From Octopus sinensis (Eukaryota): a stretch of 64,000 nucleotides of DNA. The translations under genes and the position numbers were made by a program. Every line of letters starts with the position of its first letter. Position 1 is the first letter of the stretch. Positions 23,204-37,363 of this stretch are shown one piece after another. The notes under the pieces were generated by a model, which had not been told where the DNA came from, searched no databases, and saw only the letters and a list, made by a program, of their open reading frames with translations. The stretch spans positions 186,001-250,000 of the forward strand of contig NW_021836142.1 of assembly GCF_006345805.1 (NCBI RefSeq). The letters run 5' to 3'.

Positions 23204-24787
23204 CATAATTACATATATATGTATGTGTGTGTATGAAAGTGCCTAATGATTAGGGTGTTGTACTCATGATCTGAAGATTGTGGTTTCAATTCCCAGAACT
23301 GGCTATGTATGGTATTCTTCAGCAAAACAAATCATTACAGATTGATCCAGTCTACTCAACTGTAAATAGAGTAACCTTGCAATGGATTAGCATCCCATTC
23401 AGGGGCATTTTGTGATTTCAGTCACTTACATCCTATGGAGACCCTGCAACCAGCCCTATGAATCCTTTCTATTTTTTCACTAGAGAAGGTCCATCGATTA
23501 TTTATGCAATACAGTATCAGAACTCATTTCAGCAAATTTTATCAATTAGTTTTGTACAAGAAAATAGTTTTGTACAAGTGCTTGGAAAAACTAATCTTAG
23601 CACTCATCAGAAGGGCTGGTTTGAAAAGAATGGTGCAGGATCTTTGTCACAAGAGGTCAGAAGGCATGATATCTGGTTTCTAGGTGTGGTAATTTGTCAG
23701 AGCAAATGAAAGTGTTGGAGAAGTCTCACTGAGGGAACGTTTGTTTGTTAGAGTTACGTAATGATATGTGAGGTAATTGCTGTAGAGTGGAGTTTGGACT
23801 AGGATGCAGATGGGATGGACTTATTATTGTAACTGCAGAGGAGGGAGTGGAAATGGGGTGGGTAATCATAAAATCATATGTGGATATGTACAAGTATGTG
23901 TGCTTCCATGTAATAAACCTGGCATGGCAAACCATGGGCACTACCAATAGTGGAAGCTCTAACATTTATATTCATAGAATTGTCTACCAGTCTCCAATGA
24001 TATATCCGCATTTATGATGACAAGTTCAATAAAGCTTACTTCTACAATTTAAGCGGGTGTCTAGGCAAAAGGAATTCTTTATTATAATTTAGCAATTTAC
24101 ATCATAGACCATGATGGTGCTTTTTGATCCCTGTCCAAGGGACATAACGCTAATGAACAAAAGCTTACACTTTGTGTTTTCTCTTAGATATTTTATGACA
24201 CTTGAAAATCTGATGTGACACTTTGTGACCTCCTGTAACAAAGAAACTACTCCATACTTTTCCAACAATTCCATACAATGAGTGCAGAATGAGTACAAAA
24301 CTGATGGGAAAAAAAATTGGCTAAAACAGGGCTATAACACTGACTTGTATAAGTATGTATGGGTGTATAAATATATACATGTATATGTGCGTGTGTGTGT
24401 GAGCGTGTATTGCTAGCATGGAAGGTGGATGTTAAATGATGATGATAATGATAAACAAAGTCGAACACACATACACAAGGCATGTCTGTTGTTAGTTTGT
24501 CATGTGGCAGTATTCTATAGGCATAAGAGAATATAATCTCAATGCCCTTGGTGTAAAATCACCCGAAAGCAGATCACAGCCAAGTGAGACCACTCAAACC
24601 AGATCCCGTTTTTGTGGAACGACAGACATCATTGTTTTGTCATTATTGTGACTTGTCAATACCGTGTACCAACCAAAGAGGTCAGCAGTGAGGTGTCCAA
24701 CTGGCTATGACTATATGCCAAATGGTTTAAGAACATGCCAAGCCATGGAAAAATTTTAAATATGGATTAGAAGCAGTTTGAGGTGTG

Positions 24788-24819
<32 letters not shown>

Positions 24820-26447
24820 CACGTGCATGTGTGTATGTATGAATATGTGTATGTGTGTGCATATATATATATTTATATTTACATATATGTGTGTGTGTGT
24901 CTGTGTGTATGCATGCTGTATACACATACATATGTATATGCATATATAAAGAGTAACCAAATATGGAGAGAAGTTTGTGGAAGTGAAATGAAGTAAACTA
25001 GTTATCATACACACACACATCAATTCTAATTCCTAAGCATGGCTACACCCACTTGCTGAAGTAAGTGAAAATAGGTAAAAGTGTGAGTATGTATGTATAT
25101 ATATATATATATATATATATACATGCATGTGTACAAATATGCACGATCACACACACACACATATATAAATGTAGACACACAGAAACGTATTTCTGTGTGT
25201 TCATATATGTATGTGTACACATATGCGTATGTGTGCGTGTATATATATATATGTATAAAGTGAAAATATATTTGTGATATATTTTAACTTCTAAAGGCAA
25301 AATCACTGCAGTTACCATGGAGAAAATTTCTTTTATTGCAAATGGTGTAAAAACACATCTGTCCAGTGCTGTCCTCTTTTGGATCCCCAGATACTGTGTT
25401 TCTAGCTTTTTAGCCATTGTCAATGAACAATATCAAAGATAGGTAACTCTGGACTAATCCATTGCTGTAGCTTTAACTAAAACAGTCAACATAAATATAT
25501 TCCAACATACAATGCTTGCAGCCCATCTCTAGAAATAATGCTAAGAAATAGTTTAAATGATGCAAAACCAGCAAGACAACTTTAAGAAATATATGTTTGG
25601 ATTTGAGAAATTATTTACAGAAAGTTAATATTTGGTTTGCTCTGAACATTTCCTCTTCCTTACGAGCAATAAGTTGTTTTGAACCCAGAAGAATTTATTG
25701 AAAGAATTGAATAATATCTACTACCATACCATCTGAGAGAAAACTTAATTTGATTTAGGATTAATCCCAATATTTGATCAGAATATTAAGTTCATTAAAT
25801 CATTAAGTATTTACTAATGAATCCTAACTATAAACATTTCAAATTTTATTTTGCATTAAAATTTTATCCTATATGTATTCTGATTTTGCAGTAAGAATGC
25901 AAATTTTGATTCTGTTATAAAATACATCAAAACCTTTTCTTTATCTTGTGTAAATCAATCCTACCTTTTACAAAAGAATGTATATGCAATAGTGAATATA
26001 ATGTACATGGAAAAATCTGTCATTTTCTATTTAATTTGCCTGCCTATAGATAAATTACATCATTGTTTAATATATTATTTTTCATCATTGTTTAATCTAT
26101 TATCTTTCAAAATATCTAAATTATCACTTACATTGGTCTGATTAAATTAAGTAACTTGAAATTTGTTGTCACTAATTTTACTGTCGCAAATCTTTAATCT
26201 ATCACATAGGATTACTTACCTTCATTATTAAATTAAAAATCATTGATTTAGATTAAAATTTCTTAGACTACATGAATACATATTACTTCCTGAAACTCAC
26301 CTAAGAGCTTATATTTTTCCTTTTCCAGCAGAGGTTATATATTTCTAGGGCAAATATATCAGCTTATGTTAAAGTGAGAAATGAGATGGTTAAGCTGCTT
26401 TCTAGAATAATATGAATGAGTTTTCTGAGAAAATGTTACATAATAAA

Positions 26448-26700
26448 TGAAGGTTGCATTGGAAAGCAACGCAAATGTGGGCATGAATTTTTTCTTAAGA
26501 GATGTAAGCTGTTCAAATTGCACATGCTGGTAGAGTAGCTCTTTCTCTACAGCATCTCTTCTCCTTGCTTTTCTTCATTACAGGCAAATAACAGGTTCCA
26601 AGCAGAAGCAATATACCATCATTGAGTTCTTGACAAAGGAAGGATGCAGACTGTTCAACATCCACAGAAAGCTGCAGGTTGTTTGGGGAGATGATACTGT
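26448..26700 (+). mobile_element. Mariner 5' end with N-terminal HTH remnant
   Basis: TIR-like TGAAGGTTGCATTGGAAAGCAA; KQYTIIEFLTKEGCRLFNIHRKLQVVWGDDTV. Homology stops abruptly. Confidence 0.7.
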
Positions 26701-27014
26701 CTTGCAAACAACTTGCACATGCAAGTGCTACCAGTCAAAAGCTCCGTATACCGGAAGCCAGCAAGTGTATGGGGTCATCAGGAGAGAATGCACGCCATTT
26801 CGGGGCCTACCTCTCGACGGCATCAATGCGCACCGGCCCCCCTCACTGATATGAGGCCCCGCTTGCTAGATCAGCCGGTTATAAAGTTAAACTCAATATC
26901 TTTCTAGCCATCGCTCATCGTCTCTTTTTAACTAAATCCAGTGTGCACAGATAGATGAAATTTAATGAAGGATAAACCAGCAATGAAGAGATACCATACA
27001 GAGTTCATATACAT

Positions 27015-27493
27015 CAGGGGTTCTCAACCTTTTTATATCTAGGGTCCCCTTTGATTATTGTTTTATCCTGGAAGACACCCATAGCCATTCAATGTTTCAA
27101 AACTAGATTTATTAACTTGTGCAGGTTGGACAATATAAAATGTTAGAGAAAGAAACCTAACTGTTTCTTGCAATACATACCAATACATACATCATCATCA
27201 TCATTTAGCGTCCGTTTTCCATGCTAGCATGGGTTGGACGGTTCAACTGGGGTCTGTGAAGCCGGAAGGCTTCATCAGGCCCAGTCAGATCTGGCAGTGT
27301 TTCTACAGCTGGAAACCCTTCCTAACGCCAACCACTCCGTGAGTGTAGTGGGTGCTTTTTACGTGCCACCCGCACAGATATCTAAACCAGAATTTTTTCA
27401 GGGGCCCTTAAAACACTATTGTGGATCCCCAATTTATTATTTTGTTGCATGGACTCCCAAAAATCTTATATGAACCCTAAGTAAGAACCACTT
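27015..27493 (+). mobile_element. hAT-type MITE interrupted by an RTE-tail repeat (about 27190-27376)
   Basis: TIRs CAGGGGTTCTC / TAAGAACCACTT. 8-bp TSD ATATACAT (27007-27014) vs ATATACAC (27494-27501). Confidence 0.8.
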
Positions 27494-27548
27494 ATATACA
27501 CGAATCACCAGAAAGTGAAGGAACTGATTTGCATGGTTAGATAGATAG

Positions 27549-27968
27549 AGGCGCAGGAGTGGCTGTGTGGTAAGTAGCTTGTTTACCAATCACATGGTTC
27601 CGGGTTCAGTCCCACTGCCTGGCACCTTGGGCAAGTGTCTTCTACTATGGCCTCGGACCGACCAAAGCCTTGTGAGTGGATTTGGTAGAGGGAAACTGAA
27701 AAGAAGCCTGTCGTATATATATGTATATATATATATATGCGTGTGTGTGTGTTTGTGTGTCTGTGTTTGTCCCCCTAGCATTGCTTGACAACCGATGCTG
27801 GTGTGTTTATGTCCCCGTCACTTAGCGGTTCGGCAAAAGAGACCGATAGCATAAGTACTGGGCTTACAAAAGAATGTCCCGGGGTCGAATTGCTCGATTA
27901 AAGGTGGTGCTCCAGCATGGCTGCAGTCAAATGACTGAAACAAGTAAAAGAGTAAAAGAGTAAGAGTA
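27549..27968 (+). mobile_element. CORE-type SINE
   Basis: Full consensus. Confidence 0.9.
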
Positions 27969-28184
27969 AATAGATGCATCACTGTTATCGCAGTGCATTA
28001 CTGAAGATGTTGGAAGACTGATCTAAGACGAAACGGTGTTGTATCTTTAGGATCTGAAAAAATGAAGGCTCAGTGCATGGAATAGCTTTGCACCTCTTCA
28101 CTTCAGGTTAAGAAGTTAAACAGCCAGCAATTGAAACACAAAGGCATGGTAATTGTTTTATGTGTCATTCTTCTTAATTATCTG

Positions 28185-28565
28185 GAACGAACAAAATGCC
28201 CGTCCAATGGACGATGCTGAGTTGTCAAATATTTAATCCAAATTTTCTCAAAACAACTTGTCTGACCGTCCCATAGGCCTCCCCTTTGAGAAACACTGAT
28301 TTAACCTAAATTTGAGACACCATGCATTTTTCTCGTGTACACGTAGCATCGATCACAAAAGCTGATGTACTTGCACGTACAAATTCACATTCCCACAGCT
28401 TTATCGATCGCATTCTCACCTGGAATCGATTTTTGTAATTTTTTCAAGACTTATACATGCCTTGATACCGTGGGTATCTACATATCAAATTTGAGCTCAA
28501 TTGGCTGGAGGATGCCCGAGATCCTAGAAGACACACAGATAGACAGAATGGATTTTATATATTAG
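28185..28565 (-). mobile_element. Helitron/DINE-1-like element, internally deleted copy of 225-918
   Basis: Reverse complement of about 225-470 joined to about 790-915. Confidence 0.7.
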
Positions 28566-28579
28566 ATATGACTATACCA

Positions 28580-28847
28580 TGGACAGCAAGAAGTACATTG
28601 GGACACCTAGAAGGAATACAAAAGCCATTAGGAAGAAGAAACTGAACAAGAATTTAAACTGGAAAAATGATCTACAAAACTTTTTTGTTTGCTCGTTGTG
28701 GTATCCATTGTGCAGTCTAGATATGATATTCAGTAACTTCTGTTCAGTCCAATGAAGGAGAGTCTTCGAGGACAACAATTTGTTGAAACATGAAGTGAAA
28801 TTGATTTTGAAGAAGTGAGTATAACAGCTTACACAAGAACATTTTCA
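28580..28847 (+). pseudogene. Mariner transposase C-terminal fragment
   Basis: TMDSKKYIGT..., then YPLCSLDMIFSNF (YSPDLAPSDF-like) and ESLRGQQF. Confidence 0.55.
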
Positions 28848-29190
28848 AAGTGGCTGTGTGGTAAGTACCCACTGCATAGCAACTTGAGCAGGTGTCTTCT
28901 ACTATAGCCTCGGGCTGACCGAAGCCTTGTGAGTGGATTTGGTAGACAGAAACTGAAAGAAGCCCATCATATATATGTATATATATGTGTGTGTTTGTGT
29001 GTGTCCCCCCCCAACATCGCTTGACAACCGATACTGGTGTGTTTACGTCCCCGTAACTTAGCAGTTTGGCAAAAGAGACTGATAGAATAAGTACTAGGCT
29101 TACAAAGAATAAGTCCTGAGGTCGATTTGCTTGACTAAAGGTGGTGCTTCAGCATGGCCACAGTCGAATGACTGAAACAAGTAAAAAGAG
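28848..29190 (+). mobile_element. CORE-type SINE with deleted head segment
   Basis: Consensus body and tail. Confidence 0.85.
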
Positions 29191-32100
29191 TATGGCTTCA
29201 ACGATTGCACAAATATATTGCTTTTGATGGCGATTCTGTTAATATCTTTGTTTAGATGAAGAATAACTCTATTGGTGGGGCATGTGCAATTTGAACAACC
29301 AAAGTCAGTTAAGAAAAAAAGTTATGTACACTTTTGCATTATTCTGGTATAACTCTCATATGAATATGGGCAAACTTCACCATGCAACATATAAACAAAG
29401 GTATATGGAACAAGTTATGAATACACATGAAAAAAGGCAATGCTAAAATAAACTCCAGAGATTAAAAAACATTCCATAGCAGCCAGAAAATCATCAAAGT
29501 AAAAAATAAATGCAAAGCAAACATGTATACCAGGAAATGAAAATGCTTTATCAAAATAAAAATAATAAAGTGTGTAAAAATTATAATTTAGAAATGTATG
29601 AAATATCTTTGTATACAATATAGCATGCATATAACCACATCATGCACATATGTAGAAATAGTAATCTTTTTGATTTCTTTTTATATTCTTTATTTAAAGA
29701 TTGTTGGAAACCAAGTTGAAATGCTACAATGGAATAAAACTTGTATTAAAAATATTAACAATTTAAGTGATCTTAATTTTTCTTTTGAAAACTTTAGTTT
29801 CTAAAAACAAATGTCTACACCTATATGTCACAAAATTTTATATTTTCACTTTGTAGTAGAGTGTAGCCTCCTGAAAATATAGTGTCTCTATGTTTATTGT
29901 GACCATATGTAAAGAGTTTAGATTGTCTTTTACAATTTAATTTTTTTTAGTAAGTCTTTAAACATTTTGTTTAATTTTAATATTGAAATATTAATATTTT
30001 ACACGTTAAAGTGTAAAAAGTCAAAATGTTTGGATTTTAAACTGAAAGAAATGGACACAGAATGAGTATTAAATAAACAGAATAAATGAATAGAGTAAGT
30101 AAATAAACAGTGTCTTGGTAGATTTATTCCACCATTGAATGTAAGACAACTCAAGAAACAGCAAAGTATCAGATCGATTTTTTTTACTGTCATTCTGTTG
30201 TATGTTAATATTTTTTTAATCTACTGCATTTTATATTAATACTTGAGTAAAAAGGAAAAGAAATCAATACAAATCAATCATGAATAATTATGATAAATAA
30301 TTTGTCATGATTATTAAAATTAAAAATAAAATTAGAATAAAACAAAAAAAAAAGGTAGTTGTTTTTTTTTTATTTATATTTGATCCAACGCTAACAATAC
30401 AAAAAACGATTTTGTTTGCTTTTGTATATTTCTTTAACAGCAACATGAAATAAAAATGGTAAAATCTGTTCAATAATAGCAAGCATTTCTTACTTGTTAA
30501 AGCAAACAAGGAACTGGCATTAACAAGCAACACACAATGAGAAATTGATACTGAAAATAGGAGCAAATTTCTCAAGAAAATTGATAGATTTAGGGAGCAA
30601 GCATTCCCATAAGAGAGATTGTCATAATGCTTTTCCTGGTGGAAAGAAAATTTACGATATTTGTTCTTTTCATTAAACTTATGGTTGCTTGTTGTTGCAT
30701 TTTTAAACTTTATTTAATTTTTTTAAATCAATCATTAAAAACATTCAGAAACTGATGAGAAGTTTCAAATTAAAGTTCAATTTAATGTAATTAAAATTCA
30801 AGCTTCCTTCACCAAAGAAATATATAGGAAGTTGCTGTTTTCTTGCCTCTGACAAAGATTTCCTCATCACAGTTGTCATCAGCATAATCCTTATTATCCC
30901 CAAAATAATACTGGTTGCCATCATTGCTTAGCTACTTTGCCTGCCACTTATAAATGAAAAGTATATGACTGAAAGTGACAGAACTTATATAGGCATCTAT
31001 GTTTGCAATACAAAGTTAGCGCACAAACATTTGACTGCTTTTCCCTGCCATTGGGATGTGAAATGTTGTTACTGCTATTATTTCTCCTATGAGGATGCTT
31101 CAGCAAAATAAAAATCAAAATAAGGATGAAAACATAATTACAAAGAGCAACAGAATATAGCTAATTTTTTTAATCCTAATTAATACAAAGTAAATGAATT
31201 TTAACCTGAGCCACATTGTTTAATTTCTAAATATATTTAAATCTAGCTTCGGTTCTTTTTCTTTTGCTAAAATTTCTTGAATCAGATGACTTTGAGGCAA
31301 ACTAAAAAGAACTTACAAAGACTATAATTTTAATAGTAATGTTTGTGTGTGTGTGTGTGTGTGTGTGTGCTAATGCATACATTTTTCATTGGGATGAATA
31401 TCTAAGCAAATAATTTTTATTTCCTAAGTGAATATCTATGCAGGTTTACATAGCTTACATAGCAAGGTGTACAAACTCACCAACAGAGTGGAATTTATAG
31501 ATGCTAATAGTAGACAAACCCTGTTGAATATTGATACATAATTTTATTGTTGATTTCTGTAAAAGTGTATGCCTATAAAAATTTAATGAAATTTAAACAA
31601 AGTTAATGTAAATATAGATATTTCTCCTTTATGTATATAATATTCAAATTAATACATTATTTATGTTTTGGATATGCTCAAAATTTAAAACTTTGCACTA
31701 TCTAAAACAAGCACTCTTACAATAATTTGAATATCACAATAAAAATTTTCCTTGTCTTTAAATCACCTGTAAAATATTTCAAAACACTTCTGGTCTATGA
31801 TGAACATGAATAACAAAAAGATGACTTAAGATAATCTGCTTAATACTATATCAAACACACTTAGTATAAAATTTCTTGACAGAGGCAAGAATATGCTAAT
31901 CTGTTAATAATAATATATTTCTAAGAAGGGGAATTACATAAAATAAGTTGGTGGAAAAGATATTTAAGAAAAAAAAAACTGAGCTAACTAAAAAAAAAAG
32001 GGTAAAAGAAAAATAAACTAAATATAAAAAATCCAAATTAAAAACAAAGGAAAATGCATGGTACAAATTTTGCATTCAGGAACAAACTACCAAATCGAAG

Positions 32101-32194
32101 AACCCACCCGTAGGTTATACACATACTATGAGAAATATCAAATTAAATGAAGGCAAACATTGAGAAGATAGTGTATATCACAAACAACACACAA

Positions 32195-32229
<35 letters not shown>

Positions 32230-32255
32230 ACTTATATACATATATACTTATATAA

Positions 32256-32316
<61 letters not shown>

Positions 32317-32397
32317 TATTTTCATATTTATATATTTTCTTATTTATCTATCTCACTACCTATCAGTCTATCTATTCTCTTACAAATATATATATAT

Positions 32398-32432
<35 letters not shown>

Positions 32433-32949
32433 GGGATTGTGGTTGAAAAGTTTGCTTCCCAACCCTGTGGTTTTGAGATCAATCCCACGGCATAGCTCAG
32501 AGTTGATAAAAGCCTTATGAGTGGATTTGCTGCTTGGAAACTGAAAGAAGCCTTTCATTTACTTATTTATGTCTTTATATGTGGAAGTTGTAACTGAATG
32601 TTACAATTTAAGAAGTGATGCAGTTCACTTACAATCTTCCATGGAAGCATGTCCGGCCTTAGGGGAAATATTACCTTGCTCAGAAACAGGTGAAAGTTGG
32701 CAACAAGAGGGGCATGTGAATACAGAAAATGTGCCTCAAAGGAATTATGATATATGTAAACATATACATTTATGAATATCTCGATAGGTATACAAACACT
32801 CACACACACACATATATATATATATATATACATACACACACATATACATATATAAACATACATTTATATGAAAATGATACCTACAAATTTGAATGTGTGT
32901 GTGTGCAAATAAATTAATAAATATATATATATAAGCAAAATATATCCCC

Positions 32950-33330
32950 AGTGGCACTCCGTTAGTTATGACGATGTGGGTTCCAGTTGATCTGATCAAT
33001 TGAACAGCTTGCTCATGAAATTAACGTGTAAGTGGCTGAACACTCCACAGACATACGTACCCTTAATGTAGTTCTTGGGGAGATTCAGCGTTACACAGAG
33101 GGTGACAAGGCTGGCTCTTTGAAATACAGGTACAACAGAAACAGGAAGAAAGAGTGAGAGGAAATTATGGTGAAAGAGTACAGCAGGGTTCGCCACCACC
33201 CCCTGCCAGAGCCCCATGGAGCTTTAGGTGTCTTCGCGCAATAAACACTCACAATGCCCAGTCTGGGAATCAAAACCGCGATCCTATGACCACAAGTCCA
33301 CTGCCCTAACCACTGGGCCATTGTGCCTCC
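32950..33330 (-). mobile_element. tRNA-headed SINE (family shared with 3914-4225)
   Basis: Head at the right (CCACTGGGCCATTGTGCCTCC) with shared body. Confidence 0.75.
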
Positions 33331-34936
33331 ACTACAAAATATATTGTATACTAATATATACTTATATATGCCAATATATAAATTTGTGTATAAATTTTAT
33401 ATATATGTATATAAATAAATACACATACGTACATATTTATAGATATATGTATACATGCAAGGACACAGTCATTAACGCACGCATACACAGATATATGCTT
33501 ACACACACACTCATGTGCATGCACACACACACACACTCTTGTGTATGCACACACACACTCTTGTGTATGCACGCACACACTCTTGTGTATGCACACACAC
33601 ACACACACACCAATTAGATAAACAATGCAGATCAGACTGAGCTGGCAGGAGACATGGATCTGAAACAAAGTGTATCATTTGAAACAACAAAAGAAGTTAT
33701 TGATATTTTTGTGAAGTGCCTTCTGGAAAAATTATTTTTTCTTTTAAAAGTATTTCTCTGGTTATAAAAATTACAGATAACAGATGAATAACTCCAGAAA
33801 AGCTTTAAATGTGTAACAACACTTATTAAAAACTTTAGGTTTTTGAGTTATTTCAACCAGAGAAAACAAATGAATTGTCAGTAAAATGGGAATATGGAGA
33901 AAGAATGATAAAATAAAGGGAAAAAAATGTAGAACTGATGAAAGAAAAATATGAAAGTATAGCAAAAGAGAAAAAGCAAACTATACAGTTAAGTAATACA
34001 TAGAGGATTATTCTTGGGACCCATTACTTACATCTAGGCAAACGCTGTTTTGGGTTTGTGGTAGAATTGTACATCATAGAATACTAAAGTTCCTCTCTTG
34101 TCTTTGATTTTACTGTGAAATGTAACTATAGCATGCAAGAGTTCTTGAGGAACAATCTATTCCAATAGGTGTAGATTTTACATTTTCTGCTAATATTCAT
34201 TTACAGTTTACAATTTTCCAAATTTTCTAGCCAATATAATGTATTTCCATCATGGGAGTCACAAACTAATAAACCTTTCAAACTATATATTCTTACTCAA
34301 AGAAAAAGCAGAGACAAGAGATTTGAAATATTTACACCGTGTATGCAAGAAAAGAAATATTTCCTTCAATACTGGACACATGTATTCTAAATCAAGCACA
34401 AATTTTGTCCACATTTGTGATGTGAGTTTTGATAAAGCAGTTGACTAAAATTTACCTATATTTTAAAGATTTATTTTTCTTGTGTCTTTTTCTCTATTCC
34501 AAATACATTTATGGGCAATAAAGTGGTTTCTTATATTAAAAAAATTTCCAAAGGACAACTAATTTTTCCAGGAGGTTCATGAGAATCAAAGAACTTCTTT
34601 TGTTATCAGAGATGATCTTATTTGATTCAGAAATATGTGATGTTCTTCCAATCAAATGGATAAAAGAAGTTTCCTAGTAATGTTCAAATTCACGGAAGAA
34701 ATGCAATTGTGTGTGTGTGTATTCACACAGCACGAAGTTTTGTCACTGAACAGGTCATGGTCTCAAAGCAACAAAAATATTTTGACAAATTAAGTTTAAA
34801 TGTTGAAGTGAATCTAACGGTTTTTGTGTGTTTCTTAAATGGCTTATAAACACCTTCCATGCTGCAATTGTTTTCGTTCCAGCACACAATCTCAGATCAG
34901 GTCACTTGCTATGCAAGTACATCTCCGTAATATATA

Positions 34937-35023
<87 letters not shown>

Positions 35024-35149
35024 CTTTTACGTGTTTCAGCCATATAGCTGCAGTCATACTGGAGTACTACTGTGACTTTGTACCCTTTCCAAAGTTCTCT
35101 TATTTGTGGTTGATCTCTTCTGTGCGGTGGGATTTCATATTGCTACACT

Positions 35150-35500
35150 TGCATGTAATATTTTTTCCTGCTTGTTGGCTCATTTGATGTATGAAGGAGT
35201 TTGACACTACTACCCTCGTCTGTAAGTCCTTTTGGGGCATTGTTCATGGATAAGAGAATGACATTTCTTTGTGAAGACATCCACACTGACATTGCATAGG
35301 TTACTTAATTCTTTTGGCAGAGCATTGAAGAGATGTGAGCCTTATTGTAGTACCTGACCCTCCCATTAGTTTGAAGTACCCTTAGTGTTCCAAAATGGTG
35401 CCTGGTAAGGTGATTTGTATAACTTTTGATGTTGAAATTAGTTACAACTCTTCCAGAATTTTCTACTGGTAAACCATTACATATTAACCGTGTCTCACTC
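35150..35500 (-). mobile_element. CR1/L2-like LINE 3' fragment
   Basis: Frameshifted homology to the same C-terminal region as 40900-41830 (NFNIKSYTNH..., AHLFNALPKELSNL). Confidence 0.6.
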
Positions 35501-35509
35501 CAGTGAAAA

Positions 35510-35544
<35 letters not shown>

Positions 35545-35899
35545 ACCCCCTTTGGTCATGAATGATCATGAGATTGCACCTAGAAAGTTCCCCTCCAAAG
35601 CACAAGTCTGGGCAAGATCGTTTATGGAAGACCAGCAGTTGTCCACACATACCAGCCTCCCCTCTCCATGTCACCAATATTGTCCAAGAGAAAGGCAAAG
35701 GCCAATACAGCTTGGCACCAGTTGCAACTCGTTTCTACATTTCTCCAGCTGAGTGAACTGGAACAACATGAAATAAAGAAAGTGTCTTGCTCAAGAACAC
35801 AACACAAAGCCTGGTCTGTAAATTGAACTCACTACCTCATGATTGTGAGCCCAATGCTTTAACCACTCAGTCATGCACCTTTACGTAAAAAGTGTGGGA

Positions 35900-36002
35900 T
35901 GCTTGTAGCACATAGGTGTCCAAAGCAGTCACCCATCAAAGTACTTAACTAGGCTCAATGTTGCTTAATTTCAGTGATCGGATGAGAACTAGTACATTTA
36001 GT
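35900..36002 (-). pseudogene. 5S rRNA pseudogene, 5' end lost
   Basis: The + strand CAGTCACCCATCAAAGTACTTAACTAGGCTCAATGTTGCTTAATTTCAGTGATCGGATGAGAAC is colinear with the reverse complement of metazoan 5S (boxes A, IE and C). Many CpG-type changes. Confidence 0.85.
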
Positions 36003-36458
36003 ATATATATATATATATATATATATCCTTAAAATCCTTTAAAACTTTTGCAGCCCAAAGGCTGCAGCCATGCTGGGTCACCACCGTTGAATGACCTACA
36101 CTAGTATGTGAAACCACCTCTGATACGTGGCACTTGATCAACAAGGGAGTTCAATGCCGCTGCCCGCATCTGTGTTTCCTGCCAAAGTTATATATAAACA
36201 CACACAAACACGTGTGTGTATGCATATATACTCACACAACATGTATGTTATTGTTTACATTCTTAGACTTTGCTTGCATGGGTCACTCAGAAAAGTGATA
36301 TTCTTTATCACTGAGACAAGCAGAAGAATAATGGCAAGGAATTTAAAGTCAATGAATTTGAAATGCCCCAAAATTAAGCAGATTCTTGTCTCTATAGGCC
36401 ATGAGTTGATATCCTTTTTTATTTGTTCTTTACCACATTTCACTCTGATTTTCACTAA

Positions 36459-36497
<39 letters not shown>

Positions 36498-36699
36498 TGT
36501 GTGAGTATGTTTGTTTTATGTATGTATATGTCCCTACATTACACATGTATACACAAGTGTTTATGTATATGTATCCTCTGACTGTCTGTCTCTCACTCAT
36601 ATATACATACATTTATATATACATATATATATATATACATACATACATTTATATACATATATATATAATTCTTTTTTTTCCATAATGAGATAAAAAACC

Positions 36700-37230
36700 A
36701 AGGCTGTTACCTCTCATAACCTATGTATAAATATATATCCTGGGTGACTTCTAATTAAATTATACACATTTGTTTTGTGTGTGAACCCTTAAACACGAGA
36801 AACACATTTCTGCATAAAGAATCTCATGACCTGAACCTAATACTCCTACATTAGACACATTTGTGTACAAATTTATTTCCATACTTGACTGAATTCTAAC
36901 TAATAACTCCCACTTCAAACCAGGCAAAATCTTACATCAATAACTTTCTGTCAACCCACACTCCACAAACACATTTTATACCTACCCTATTCTGTTCCCC
37001 TTACCTAAACAACTAATTCCAGACCAATATACCAGCCCAATTATCATTTCACATAACTCCACCTACCCCCAAAAAACAACTTGTCATAGACTACATAAAA
37101 CCAAAAATAACCCAAGTGTAGTACAATCTGACGAAGGATAGCAGTCTGAAACTTTGAAGTTACAGACGCTTCTCTTCTTGAAATATTTAATAAACATACT
37201 TAACTAAAAAGTATAAATTCTTGCATTTAA
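36700..37230 (+). mobile_element. Probable Penelope-like element 3' region with degenerate hammerhead
   Basis: CTGACGA-AGGA..TCT-GAAAC-TTTGAA-GTT at 37128-37161. Stem I is not retained. Confidence 0.4.
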
Positions 37231-37318
37231 TGTTAACTTTATTCATAACTTGACATGAAAGCAGACATCAACACATTTATGTATATAAGTATGTATATAT
37301 GTATATATATATACACAC

Positions 37319-37363
<45 letters not shown>

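Noticed and set aside
26770-26812. Possible type II hammerhead on the - strand (GAAA...CTGATGA)
   Set aside because: Stem II would need CCCC to pair with CCCC, and stem I cannot form.
30845-30885. CTGATGA...GAAA...GTC on the - strand
   Set aside because: Stems I and II do not pair.
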